A program made the position numbers and the translations under genes. From assembly GCF_902713615.1 (NCBI RefSeq), contig NC_052162.1, forward strand, positions 130,348,653 through 130,412,652: DNA of 64,000 nt, read 5' to 3'. Below are positions 24,691 to 37,463 of the stretch, piece by piece. Positions within the stretch are counted from its first letter, which is position 1; every line of letters starts with the position of its first letter. The notes beneath the pieces were generated by a model. That model had not been told where the DNA came from. It worked only from the letters and a program-made list of their open reading frames with translations, and ran no database searches. This stretch comes from Scyliorhinus canicula. Its lineage: Eukaryota.

Positions 24691-27299
24691 AGTTTTCATG
24701 GATTCAGCCGATACTGGTGTTGCTTTATTGATTCAGAGTTTCCTATGTCTACATCATGAAATCTGTCTATATTTTTCAGTATCTTTATTACATCTTTCAG
24801 CTGTTCTTATAAATAGACAAACTGGGCCTCTAATTGTCCTAAGATGTCTGTATTTGTCAGTCGAACTACCGGAGGGTCATTCTGTGTGTTGTCGACCTCT
24901 TCTCCTGCCTCACGCTTCCTATCACTGTCTTCTCCCAGTGATATGCTTGACCCTTTCTATCCTCCTCTCCACAACATGTTTATATGTCACAACCAGTCCC
25001 TCTTCCGACGGTTGGGAGTATTGATTAAGTAAGTCACCGTACTCTCCTAACCACCTTACAGGGGACCACTGGAATTAGCTATCAGATGTTCGCCCTGCAA
25101 TGGCAACAATACTAATTTCTCATCTCCAGTCTGGGAAGTTCTGGATCTGGCATGTTTGTCTGCCCACAGTTTCATTCTTGCTCCAGAAACCTTTAAATTA
25201 TCTTGGGCTACCTGACAAGCTCCTGTGAGTCTTTCCAGAAACGTGGACACGTAATCCAACATTGAGGATTTGTCCTCTGGTTTTGGAAACCTCTCTTTCA
25301 TCAATTTTAATGGGCCCCTATCTCATGGCCACAAACAAATTCTAATGGGCTAAACCCAGGATATTCGTTCAGAGAATCTCTGGTGGCAAATAATTTTTTA
25401 AAAATCCAATCTCTTCTCCCAATCTCTTGGATACCCATGGCAAAAGGATCAAATCATGGTTTTGAGAGTCTGATGATATTTCTCCAAAGCTCCCTGAATT
25501 TGTGGATGATAAGCAGCTAATTTTAACTGTTTAATAGCCAGACTACAAATTATGTCCTGGAAAAGTTTAGACATGACGTTGAACCCTGGTTAGGTTGTAC
25601 TTCTAAGGGTAGACCATAGCGTGTGAAAATCTGCATCAACTTTTCCATGACTACCTTAGCTGTAATTGCTCTCAAAGATAAAGCTTCCAGAAATTGGGTA
25701 GTTATATCCATAACAGTAAGCATGTACTGATTGCCCTGCCTTTGTTTTAGGCAATGGTCTTACACAATCTATTAATATCCAACTAAATGGTTCTTCAAAC
25801 ACTGGTATGGGTATTAAAGGTGCGGTTTAATCACTTGGTGTGGTTTACCTATTACCTGGCAGGTATGACAGGATCTCCAGAATTGCACTACATCATTATG
25901 GAGTCCTGGCCAGAAACAATGCCCGATGCCTGAGTTTTCCAAATTCCCACATATCCTGCCATTGGTATCTCATCTGCTATCCGCAGTACTTCCCTATAAT
26001 ATTTGGGCGCTACCACTATCTGATGAACAAACATCCATTCCTCATCTGCAAGGCGATGTGGATGTCTCCACGTCCTCATCAGAACTCTGTCCTTAATATA
26101 ATAGCCGTCTGGAACCCCCCTCAGTCTCAATGTCTGTGAGAGCCTAATTTATGTATTGTTACAATACCCTGGGCTAGTCAATTCCAGCCCCACTTAACCT
26201 GGAGTCACATTTCAAGTGAATTAGCCAATAATATTTAGAAAAATATCCAAAGTGTTTGGCCCTTGGTTACCCAATCATTATAGTCACCAGGTTTGTAAAT
26301 GTAAACACAATTACTGTTTATGTATACCAAGAACTGTACTGAAATGTGCAGCAAAAACAACTGGTTAACTCTTAGCTAATTCCCACAGTGAGAGTGAGAA
26401 GTGTTGGATTTTGCTGATCCCATGGGAAAAAAGACTCCAGGATCAGTTCATTGTGACGGTCCACACAGCAACCGGAAGACAAAAGATTCCCTGATGAGGG
26501 TGAAACCCGGGTGGGCAGGAGAGGGAGTGTGAAGAACAGCATGTTTAGTTAAAACAGAGATGGCTTGTTCAGACGATAACGGCGTCCAGTGTGTTTGACT
26601 TGAACATGAAGTGAAAAGTGAGGGCAAATAGTAGCACAAGCTTTTAATTTCCGAGACCCACCAACTTAATCAATGCGGCTCCTCTGAAACTTTCACGGTA
26701 AATATTGATCCTTTATACGGTGCCTTTCATATGTCACAGTACACCTTTGTAAGCAAAATAAAGTGAAAAATGAAAATCGCTTATTGTCACGAGTAGGCTT
26801 CAATGAAGTTACTGTGAAAAGCCCCTAGTCGCCACATTCCAGCGCCTGTCCGGGGAGGCTGGTACGGGAATCAAACCGTGCTGCTGGCCTACTTGGTCTG
26901 CTTTAAAAGCCAGCGATTTAGCTCAGTGAGCTAAACCAGCCCCTTGCCATAGTTGCCATAGTCCCAGATGACGATAGGCTGCTTTCCCCTTTGAGGGGGA
27001 GAGCTGACTGGTGATTATTTAACCTGAGCATCACCACCCCTCAGGTGAGGGGCAAGGTTGAGAAGGCAGGGCCTTCATGAATAATATCAGCCGATACGGG
27101 AATCGAACCCGCGCCGCTGATCTCGCACTTCATCACAAACTAAAGCAGTGCTAAACCGGCCCACCTTTGTACATGATAGAAAACTGAGGCATATCTGTAA
27201 CATTCCCCAACTGAACTATCCTTGAGAAAAGGTATTTTATTCCTAAAACCTCCTAAAACCATGTGAAGTTACCATCTAATGCAATTTTTATTCGCTTAA

Positions 27300-28490
27300 G
27301 AAGTTTACAATAAAAGCCTTCTCACCAGTCGCATGTCAAATCCAATATTTTTATTGAAAATGTGCACATTTTAAGAGTGTTTCCCATTAAAGATATGAAA
27401 TGTTTTAAATTTTTCAAAAGTTTACATTTCTCAGTGCGAAAGTTCGTAAATGAAGGAAATACTGTGAGTAGCCTCTTCCCGACAACATTAATGTGACATT
27501 GGGGTCTGTCTCTGAGATCAGAGACTCTTGATCTGGGGATAAGCTGATGACAGGGCAACTCACAGGTCTTACTCCACCGACAGGCGCTCCCTCCTTTTGT
27601 TTTTTTCTACATAAGCCAGTGTTGAGAACATCAACTCGCACAGGTAGGTTGTGGCCAATGGTAAGAATGCTGCTGTAGCACAATCTGAAAGAGATGAAAC
27701 TTCTTGTCCTGCAAGAAATCAAAATGTGTCCAAACTTTCGTTTCAGCGAATGATCCATCCTAAGCTCTGCAAATTCCTCTTGTTCTTTTAATGACAACGT
27801 TTTTGATGATTTAAAAAAAGGGAGTTAAACGTATCGTTTAGGGGCTGGTTTAGCACAGTAGGCTAAACAGCTGGCTTGTAATGCAGAACAAGGCCAGCAG
27901 CCTCATCGAACAGGCGCCGGAATGTGGCGACTCGGGGCTTTTCACAGTAACTTCATTGAAGCCTACTCGTGACAATAAGCTATTATTATTATTTACCCGG
28001 TCAAAGTCTTCCACACTTATTGAGGGGAAGTAGAATATAGTGTTCTAGGATGTGTGGGCAGCACGGTTGCAAAGTGGTTAGCACTACTACCTCACTGCAC
28101 CAGGGACCCTGGTTCAATTCCAGCCTTGGGTGATTGTGTGGCATTGGCACATTCTCCCTGTGTCTGTGTGAGTTGCCTGCAGTTTCCTCCCACAGTCCAA
28201 AGATGTGCCGTTTAGGTGGATTAGCCATGCTAATCTGCCGTTTAGTGTCCAAAAGTGTGTAGGATAGATGGGGTGCTCTTTCAGAGGGTCGGTGGGGACT
28301 TGATGGGTCAAAGGTCCTCCTTCTGCACTGTAGGAATTCTCTGAAAATGTGTGGAGATTTGACCGAGTATAGTTTTGCCAGCAGGATTCGCTGAAGCCAG
28401 CTTGAACATCTCAATTGACTCATTTGCCACTTTTCCCAGTCAAAAGGCCAGTTTTGATCTGAAATCTTGAAGTTTACCTGTGGCACAGAC
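27300..28490 (-). mobile_element. hAT Charlie/Buster transposase relic, interrupted by SINEs
   Basis: SLKEQEEFAELRMDHSLKRKF and PLATTYLCELMFSTLAYV..RRERLSVE motifs. Confidence 0.7.
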
Positions 28491-28889
28491 AGAATGTTCT
28501 CGTTCCCCCCCCCCCCCCCCCCCCCTGCATTTTAACATTCAGATCGCTCAATATATCTGACAGGTATGCAAGTTAGCACAGCAAGAATCATCCCATATTA
28601 AGAAATGGAGGCGCCAGGGCCTGACCTATGTAAAAAAATTCGAACCACGGATGCACAGCCATTTCCCCTCTCTCTAATGTACTAAGCTCGTCTCTTATTA
28701 ACAAATAAAAATAGGGGTGGCCACTGCTGCCTCACGGCGCCGAGGGCCCGGGTTCGATCCCGGGTCACTGTCTGTGTGGAGTTTGCACATTCTCCCCGTG
28801 TCTGCGTGGGTTTCGCCCCCACAACCCAAAAGATGTGCAGGCTAGGTGGATTGGCCACGCTAAATTGACCCTTAATTTAAAAAAATTGA

Positions 28890-29070
28890 CCAATAAAAAC
28901 AGAAAATGCTGGAAAAAAATCAGCATGTCTAGCAGCATCTGCGGAGAGAGAACATTTGCAGTCCGACATGGACTGTTTTTCCACAGATGCTGCCAGACCT
29001 GCTGTGTTTTTTCCAGTATGTTCTGTTTTTATTTCAGAGTTTCAGCATCTGTGGTATTTTGCTTTTATTT
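28890..29070. mobile_element. Penelope-like terminal-repeat relic arranged as an inverted repeat
   Basis: AAAACAGAAAATGCTGGAAA..GCAGCATCTG / CAGATGCTGCC..TTCCAGTATGTTCTGTTTT. Confidence 0.6.
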
Positions 29071-29099
29071 TTTTTCACTTTTCTTGACAGAGCAACCCC

Positions 29100-29600
29100 A
29101 CCTCCTTCCCCCCTCTGCCCAGCCTTGCTAAATGAAGAATAACCCTGAATATGCAGTTCCCGGTCCTGGGCATCCTGTGTTCTGCGAAAGATGGCCATGG
29201 ATTTGGGAGTCGATAGGGACTTTGGAGAATCTTTTTTGAGAGGGAAGGGTGGCTAGAGATGGGGCAATGGTTTGTTAGGACAGTGGATTACGGATTTGAA
29301 AGACCGAGGGATAGGACCTGACAAGAGAGAACCGTGAACAATGGTGAGTAGCAGTTTAATGGGGAGAGGTTCGATGGAGCAGAAGGTGATTCTCATGGAC
29401 AACATCAGCCCTGAGAGGGAAAGAGATGAGGCAGGAGAAAAACTAAAGAAACTTTGGAGACAGTTTGGCCCGGTGAGCTAGCAGAAGGGAGAGAAGCAGC
29501 AGAGGATATCGATCGGATCGTAGTAACAAAATAACTCCTTGAGCTTCTCACATGTGTTGGAGGTGAGGATGGAGGAGACGGGGAGTGGGAGAGCCCTTCA
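29100..29600 (-). mobile_element. L2 LINE relic
   Basis: Pyrimidine-rich minus strand resembling L2 ORF2; no intact ORF. Confidence 0.45.
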
Positions 29601-30212
29601 AATGGAGCTATTAAAAAGGATCAACGCACTGTATTTAAAATAAAGCTGATTTATTAGATGTTTGATCACAATATTAATTCCTAAAACTGGGCTCGAGTTT
29701 ATTAACATCAGCAGAAACCGACCCCAATGAGACCTTGATGTGGTTAATGAAAATGAAATGAAATGAAAATCGCTTATTGTCACAAGTCGACTTCAAATGA
29801 AGTTACTGTGAAAAGCCCCTAGTCGCCACATTCCGGCGCCTGTTCAGGGAGGCTGGTACGGGAATTGAACTGTGCTGCTGGCCTGCCCTGGTCTGCTTTC
29901 AAAGCCAGCCCTGTGCTAAACCAGCACCAAAATCCCATCACTGCAGTTACTTGTGAATGCGCTGTGTCTCGGCAAATACTTTCCCACATTCAGCGCAGGT
30001 GAATGGCGTCGCCCCACAATGAACTGGCTGGTGTACAGTGAATTGAGATAATTTCCTGAACTGAGTCCCTCAGTGAAAGCACGTGAATGATCTCTTATCA
30101 GTGTGAACATGAGCAAAGGTTCTCAGGCCCTATTACAGCACTTCCCAAAGCCTGGCATTCAAAAGCTCTCCGAGTATGAACCTCCTGATGTGGCAGCAGT
30201 GTGATAAAGCAA

Positions 30213-30869
30213 CTAATCCTTTCCAACACCCAGAGCAGGTGAATGCCCGCTCCCAGTGTGAACCCGTTGGTGTGCCAACAGGTTGGAAAACTGAGTGAAT
30301 CCCTTCCCACACTCTGCGCAGGTGAACGGCCTCTCCCCATTGTGAACCCGCTGGTGTGTCAGCAGGTTAGATGACTGAGTGAATCCCTTCCCACACTCTG
30401 CGCAGGTGAACGGCTTCTCCCCAGTGTGAACCCGCTGGTGTCTCAGTAGGTGGGATGAGGTAGTGAATCCCTTCCCACACTCGGAGCAGGTGAACGGCCT
30501 CCCCCCGGTGTGAACTCGCTGGTGGACAGTGAGTTGAGATGATTGCCTGAACCCAGTCCCGCAGTGGGAGCACCTGAACGGTCTCTCGTCGGTGTGAACG
30601 CGCTGGTGTCTCAGAAGGTGGGATGACTGCGTGAATCCTTCCCCACAGGTCGAGCAGGCGAAAGGCCTCTCCCCAGTGTGTCTGCGATGATGCGTTTCCA
30701 GCTTCGACGGGGAAATGAATATCTTCCCGCAGTCCTCACATTTCCACGGCTTCTCCCTGCTGTGAGTGCTCGCGTGTCTCGACAGGCCATTTGAACGGCT
30801 GAAACCTCGCCCGCACTCAGAACACGTGTATGGTTTCTTTCCACTGTGAGCGGAATCTTTTCCCTCCAT
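30213..30869 (-). CDS. C2H2 zinc-finger protein, 218 aa, 7 fingers, type A, with a frameshift-shortened C-terminus
   Basis: ATG 30869 ([16 protein letters not shown]); acceptor TTTCACAG|G with exon starting 30991; about 4 decayed fingers and the ancestral HK* stop downstream (~29947). Confidence 0.85.
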   Translation of the reverse strand: MEGKDSAHSGKKPYTCSECGRGFSRSNGLSRHASTHSREKPWKCEDCGKIFISPSKLETHHRRHTGERPFACSTCGEGFTQSSHLLRHQRVHTDERPFRCSHCGTGFRQSSQLTVHQRVHTGGRPFTCSECGKGFTTSSHLLRHQRVHTGEKPFTCAECGKGFTQSSNLLTHQRVHNGERPFTCAECGKGFTQFSNLLAHQRVHTGSGHSPALGVGKD

Positions 30870-31409
30870 CTTCACAATCCGACGATAAATTGTCGATAAA
30901 TTACGATTACGATAAATTGAGCGCCTCCATCAAATCCTGATGCCACCTTTGGTTTCAATTTCACGATTGCAAATCCTTCCCTGCTAATAGCCTGTGAAAT
31001 TTATTTAAAACAGAAAAAAAAGGAATAACATCAAAAACACAAAGGCAGGTTGTGAAATTGAGCTGAATGATTCTGGCCATTTGTGGGACCGGAACGTGGA
31101 AAAAGGTGACCATTAAAACTGCTGGATTGCCATAAAAACCCAACTTGTTCACCAATGTCCTTCAGGGAAGGGAACCTGTCTCCCGGACTGGGCCTACACA
31201 AGACACTGGTGTCTATGAGAGGAGAGAGAGAGAAGAGGGGATGATTGTGAGAGGCAGGATGTGAAGGTGAGGGCTTTTATATATGTCTACAACTCAAATT
31301 TGACAGAAACTCTTCAACTCTCAACCTCTGCCACCTGGAAGATCTAGGGCAGTGTGTGAGACTCCTTCCTCTCCCAAGTTCCCTCCAACTCACACAGCGG
31401 CCTGACTTA

Positions 31410-31550
31410 ATAAAGGCAAATGACCGCAGATGCTGGAATTTGAGATCAGAAGAGAAAAATGCTGGAAAATCTCAGCAGGTCTGGCAGCATCTGCAGGGAG
31501 AGAAAAGAGCTAACGTTTCGAGTCCAGATGAACAGCTTTGTCAAAGGATC
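31410..31550 (-). mobile_element. Penelope-like repeat with a degenerate hammerhead motif (31508-31546), within L2 relics
   Basis: Homologous to 11283-11380; TTTGACAAA...GACTCGAAACGTTAGCT. Confidence 0.55.
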
Positions 31551-32494
31551 TGACTTGTCTGACACCCAGTAATGGCTGCGCATAAATCTCCTGCATTTAA
31601 ATGTTGGAAAGGCTGAAATCCTCGTCTTCAGTTCCCTCTACAAGCTCCACTCCCGAGGCACCGACTCCGTCCCCTCTCCCTGGTGACTGTCTGAAGCTGA
31701 ATCTGAATCAGACCCCCCTGACTCTTTGTCTTCTCTGCCGGGCTTTTTGAAGGGGGTGCAGAATAGAGAGCTGGAATTTTCCCAATTTGTGATTTACAAG
31801 GACACATTCCTTGGTCCTCAGCAGTTACCTTTCTTCAGTTTTCTATGCCGACTGTTAATTCTGCTATTTCACAGTTTCACAATTATACACATAAACATCA
31901 CAGACAACAATCTATCTAATCTATTCTATTGCTGACTCGAGTTTCAGTTTCTGTAGAGGTTAGTAAGAGACGAACTCTGCAAACTCCAATCAGATCAGGA
32001 GAAAGGTCAATGAGTCAATTCTGTAGAATGGAATGTTTCATCAGTGTTGCCATGGTGGACCCGTCTGTAGCGAAATGCCTGTTTGAGCTTCTAATTCGCA
32101 CTTAAAATTCTCCATCCCATAATACAAAGAAAATAGAAGGAGGATGAGGCCATTTGGCCCTTGGAGCCTGCTCTGCTGTTCATTATAGTCAAAGAACATA
32201 CAGTGCAGAAGGAGGCCATTCGGCCCATCGAGTCTGCACCGACCCACTTAAGCCCTCACTTCCACCCTATCCCCGTAACCCAATAACCCCTCCTAACCTT
32301 TTTGGTCAATAAGGGCAATTTATCATGCCCAATCCACCTAACCTGCACGTCTTTGGACTGTGGGAGGAAACCGGAGCATCCGGAGGAAACGCACATAGAC
32401 ACGGGGAGAACGTGCAGACTCCGCACAGGCAGTGACCCAGCAGGGAATCGAACCCAGGACCCTGGAGCTGTGAAGCCACAGTGCTAATCACTTG

Positions 32495-34019
32495 GTTTTT
32501 TTAAATGGTTTTTATTAAAGCTTTTTTCAAACAAAATTTTTACATAACTAATAACAGAAAAATAAACAACAAATATTCAACAAAACTCGGTGGCTGTTAT
32601 CATTATACAAAAAGAAAATATACATTAAATAGACAGTTCCCCCAGCCGAGCCCCCCGCCGACCCCCCCCCCCCCCCCCCCCCCCGATTGCTGCTGCTGTT
32701 GTTGACATTTTACCGCTCCCCGAGAAAGTCGAGAAAGGGTTGCCACCGCCGGGAGAACCCCATCAAGGACCCTCTCAAGGCAAACTTTATTTGCTCCAGG
32801 CTGAGGAACCCAGCCATGTCACTAACCCAGGTCTCCACACTCGGGGGTTTTGAGTGTCTCCACATTACAAGATCCGTCTCCGGTCTACCAGGGATGCAAA
32901 GGCCAAAACCTCGGCCTCTTTCGCTTCCTGCACTCCAGGATCCTCTGACACCCTAAAGATCGCTATTGTTGGACTCGGCTTCACCTGCGTGTCCAAAATC
33001 CTGGACATAGCCCTCACAAAGAATTCTTTGAGCGCTGGGCATGCCCAGAACATATGGACATTGTTCGCTGGATTCCCTGAACATCTCACACAGCTGTCCT
33101 CCACTCCAAAAGAGCTTGCTCATTCTCACCGTCGACATGTGTGCCCGATGTACCACCTTTAACTGAATTAAGCTGAGCCTGGCACATGATGAGGAAGAAT
33201 TCACCCTGCCCAGGGCATCAGCCCACAGGTCCTCATCCAGCTCCTCACCCAGCTCCTCCTCCCACTTGCCCTTCAGTTCCTCCACTGAGGCTTCCTCCAC
33301 CTCCTGTAGCTCTTGGTAGATGTCCGACACCTTCCCCTCTCCTACCCAGATGCCAGACACTACCCTGTCCTGTATCCTTCGAGGGGGTAGCAACGGAAAT
33401 GTCCCCACCTGTTTTTTGAGAAAGTCGCGGACTTGGAGGTATCTGAAGGCATTTCCAGGGGGCAGGCCGAACTTCTCCTCCAGCGCCTTCAAGCTAGGGA
33501 ATGTCCCATCTATAAACAGGTCTCCCATCCTTCTGATGCCTGCCCTATACCAGCCTTGAACCCCCCCCCCCCCCCCCCCCCCCCCCGTCTATCTTGCTTG
33601 TAGCAAATCTATGGTTGTTCCGTATCAGGGTCCATACTGGGGCCCCCTCCTCCTTCCTGTGCCTCCTCGACTGACCCCAGACCCTCAGTGCCGCCGTCAC
33701 CACCGGGCTTGTGGTATATCGTACCGGCGAGAACGGCAGCGGTGCCGTTACTAGTGCCCCTAGGCTGGTGCCTTTGCATGACGCCGCCTCTAGCCATGCC
33801 TACGCCGACCCTTCCTCCATTACCCATTTCCTACTCATGGCCAGGGGCTGGTTTAGCTCGCTGGGCTAAATCGCTGGCTTTTAAAGCAGCACGGTTCGAT
33901 TCCCGTACCAGCCTCCCCGGACAGGCGCCGGAATGTGGCGACTAGGGGCTTTTTACAGTAACTTAATTGAAGCCTTCTTGTGACAATAAGTGATTTTAAT
34001 TTTCCTTTCATTAGCCACC
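32495..34019 (-). mobile_element. 5'-truncated L1/Tx1-clade LINE, inserted in the head of an HE1 SINE (32193-32494)
   Basis: LIQLKVVHRAHM, CCHC motif CVRC..HMFWACP, AATAAA plus A-tail; the SINE head resumes ~34021. Confidence 0.85.
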
Positions 34020-34074
34020 CAGTGCTTTCCGCTTGTGCTATAGTGCTGTGTATTATGACCATGGCTGATCAAGT

Positions 34075-34573
34075 TCAATTCCCTTGGCAGTGCCAGGTTT
34101 GCACCCAGGTGGCACTGCCATGGTGCCTGGCTGGCACTTCTAGAGTGTCTAGGTGACACTGCCAGGGTACCCAGGTAGCACCAGCAGTGCCAATACACCA
34201 CCCTACCAAAAGGGCATGCAGCTTGGGACCTCTGGTCCCCTGGCAAGCCCCCATGAGTGCCATTCCGTCTGGTCCCTGTTTATGGGAACCAGAGCTGAAC
34301 AGTGCTCGCCCGAGGTATCTGAGCCTCAGGAGCTCGGGAAGCTGCACATTAGAGTGAGGCTTTCTGCCTCGTTCGAACATGCAGATTTGCCAAAGCGTGA
34401 TTCCGCCCATTATGGGCGGGATTTGCATCGCAAAGTCTCCCGAGACTGTGTGGAATCTCGGAGGCGTTGCGAGCCGGGTAAATCCCGAGAACGGGCTCTC
34501 CTGGCTTTCAACGGCCACGCTGCGCCGAAGCGAGCTGCTTTTCAGGTGCAGCGTGGTTGTTGGATCGTGCTCA
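34075..34573. mobile_element. GC-rich Harbinger-like MITE fragment
   Basis: Internal TGGCAC/GTGCCA repeats shared with 43769-44570; terminal TGGATCGTGCTC. Confidence 0.5.
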
Positions 34574-34685
34574 TTTTGTCCTGATCAGATTCTGGCCCTT
34601 GATTTCTCTGCCTTTCAGTTCTCTTATTCTCCTTGTTTTCTTTTTCTCTTCTTGATTTCCCCCTGCTCTGTCACATTAGTTTTAG

Positions 34686-35960
34686 AGCTTCCCCAACTGT
34701 TCCAGCAAGTACCACCCCAAGGACATCAGTCCCGGCCCTGCCCAGGTGTAACCCGCCCAGTTTGTACTGGCCCACCTCCTCCGGAACTGGTCCCAATACC
34801 CCATGAATCTGAAATCTTCCCCCTCACACCATCCTTTCAGCCACATAATCATCCGATATATCCTGCTGTTTCTCCATTGACCAGCACGTTGCACTGGTGG
34901 TTATCCTGAGATCGCTACCGTTGAGGTCCTACTTTTCAACTTGTTTCCAAACTCCCTGTATTCTGCTTATAGGACCTCACCCCTTTTAACCGAATCCATT
35001 TGTATCAATGTGTACCCTGACAACTAGCTGTTCACCCTCCCCTTTCAGAATGTCCTGCAACTGCTCTGAGACACCCTTGACCCTAACACCAGGGAGGCAA
35101 CATACCATGGGGCCACAGAAACGTCCATCGATTCCCCTTCCAATGGAATGCCCTGTGACTATTGCATTTCTACGCCTTTTGCTCCTCCCCTGTGCAGCAG
35201 AGCCAAACGTGGTGCTACAAATTTGGTTGCTGCTATTGTCCCCTGACAGGTCATTACCCTCAATAGTATCCAAAATGGTACATCTGTCTTTCCGAGAATG
35301 GCTACAGGAGATTCCTACACTGCCTACCTAGCTCTCTTGCTCTGCCTGGTGGTCACCCATTCACTTCCTGCCAGTGGAGTCTGAGGCAGCATGGTAGCAC
35401 AGTGGTTAACACTGTTGCTTCACAGCGCCAGGGTCCCAGGTTCGATTCCTGGCTTGGGTCACTGTCTGTGCAGAGTCTGCACGTTCTCCCCGTGTCTGCG
35501 TGGGTTTCCTCCGGGTGCTCCGGTTTCCTCCCACAAGCCCCGAAAGACGTGCTGTTAGGTAATTTGGACATTCTGAATTCTCCCTCTGTGATCCAGACAG
35601 GCGCCGGAATGTGGCGACAAGGCGATTTTCACAATAACTTCCTTGCAGTGTTAATGTCAGCCTACTTGTGACAATAATAAAGATTATTATGACTGAAAAA
35701 TTATCTGTTGATTGAGTGCGGTGTGACAACCTCTCAATACATGCTATCCATGATACTCTCCACTTCCCAGATGTTCCACAGTGTCCCCAGACGCTGCTCC
35801 AGCTCCAGAACCCAGGCTTCCAGGGGATTGGGCTGGAGACAGATCCTGCACACATGCTGGATGTGGGAACTAGAAACATTCCTGGTCTTCCAAGCGGAGC
35901 AAGGAGAGCAGACCACAGCTTGGCACTCTCCTGCCATGTATTACCCCTTTAAGTTGAATT
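34686..35960 (-). mobile_element. CR1 LINE ORF1 relic (zinc-finger plus SGNH esterase), interrupted by a Rex1-tailed V-SINE (35384-35690)
   Basis: MAGECQAVVCSPC..HVCRIC; IVTGHSIGRG..CCLPGVRV..VHIDTN. Confidence 0.8.
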
Positions 35961-35975
35961 AATCCTTTTATAATT

Positions 35976-36972
35976 GTAAGGATCTTCCTGTTAATTCCTG
36001 TATGCCCCTTTCAATTTCTGTTATTCTGCTATTTCAATTCTTACACATGGAGAATTAATGTGCCTGTGCATTTAATATGGACTTCAACCTTTAATTCGAA
36101 TGGCTGGTAAACTGAGGGATGATTTATGACACCTGGGCAGGACCGGGACTGATGTCCTTGGGGTGGTACTTGCTGGAACAGTTGGGGCAGATGCAAAGAG
36201 CTGTTTGTATTTCGGATCAGTAGATTCAAGGGAGATCAATGCTGAAACATTGTGGAGTTGGCTGTCAGCCAATGGAATGTCTGGAATTGCCAGGCCTTAT
36301 CACTGGCCCATGGCGATTGGTGGAGTTTTCTGTGGAATGTTCCTTCCTCTGTGTGACTGTGTTTACTCTTTTACTCTTGTTTTGATCCTTTACAAATCTC
36401 ATGTGGGAAACTCTGTTCTTATCTCCATGAGGCTGTTGGTCATACTGGTGGAATTGGAAACAAGTAAGAATATAACAGGCCTGAGGTGGATCTTTTGAGT
36501 GAATGCCCAGGTTAACAAAAGTTAAAGTGACTCCCCAGAGGGAATCACAAAGCCTGGAAGTACTGACTGAAGAATTCTGTCTAGCAGTCCCACCAGTGGC
36601 TTCAACCCCGAAGCATCCTGGGAGGACAGCCTGCTGCAATACCTTGACATCTGAAGCAAGGACACTCATCTTTCATTTCATTTTTTAATTCCTATTATTT
36701 TACCCGTCACTCTGTGTGTGTCTGCCTTGTGTGTGTTTGGGTAGAGGGTGGGGTGGTAGAAATGGGGGAGATAGTAGATTAGCTGGCCGTTATTCCTTTA
36801 TAATTAATGCATGTTGTTCAACTTACAAACCTGGTGGCTATAACTTCTTTAGCAGTCAAGGGGCGAAGGATTTTGCAAATTTCATATGAATTATTGGTTA
36901 ATTCACTTGCGTTGGGACTCTGGGGTCTGTGGGGCTGGAATTGACCACGCACTATCCCAGGGTGTTGTAACA
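35976..36972 (+). mobile_element. Solo LTR related to the Gmr1-like element LTRs
   Basis: TGTAAG start; the end GGGGCTGGAATTGACC..GTTGTAACA is the reverse complement of the 22140/26158 ends. Confidence 0.65.
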
Positions 36973-37463
36973 GTATCAAACTCTACCAACTAGGGCCCTT
37001 CGTCTCCACTCTTTATTATTATTGAATATACTTCTTACAAACAATGAATCATAGAATGATGTCTTAACAATTATAACCAAAAGCAGTCGTAAATACCTCC
37101 CCAACTGAACTCACCCAAACAGCTGTTCAGCTTTCCTTGGGAGATGTAAACTTGCACTCCACTGTTCCTTAGTCTTTTAACCATCTGGTTCTGCTCTTAG
37201 AATCATTTTTTCTTTCCCCCTTTATTCTCCTCACTTTGTTCCCTAACAGTTATCTTATTAAAGTTAGTTAGGTTTCAGAATTTTAAAGACGGTCCCTAAT
37301 ATCAGTTACTCACCAACCAATCAGCTTAACACATTCCAGTGTCATTCAATCCAGCTGGTTCTCTCCTTACCTTTGTAAAGGTGAATAGTTGGGACATCGC
37401 ATCACCAAACACATCCCAACCTGTTCCATCTGAGAATCCCAGGGTGGGGAACTGTGAAATCCT

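Larger units (their letters stand above)
22140..26393 (-). mobile_element. Degenerate Gypsy LTR retrotransposon, Gmr1-like domain order (IN-RT-RH), with SINE insertions
   Basis: Homologous LTR ends at 22140 and 26158 (TGTTAC..AATTCCAGCCCCACTT); integrase ~25050-26130, RT ~23400-24500 (WSSPVVLVSKPDG..CMDYR, YFDN), RNase H ~22980-23250 (GVGAVLLQ..YSTIKKEALA). Confidence 0.8.
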
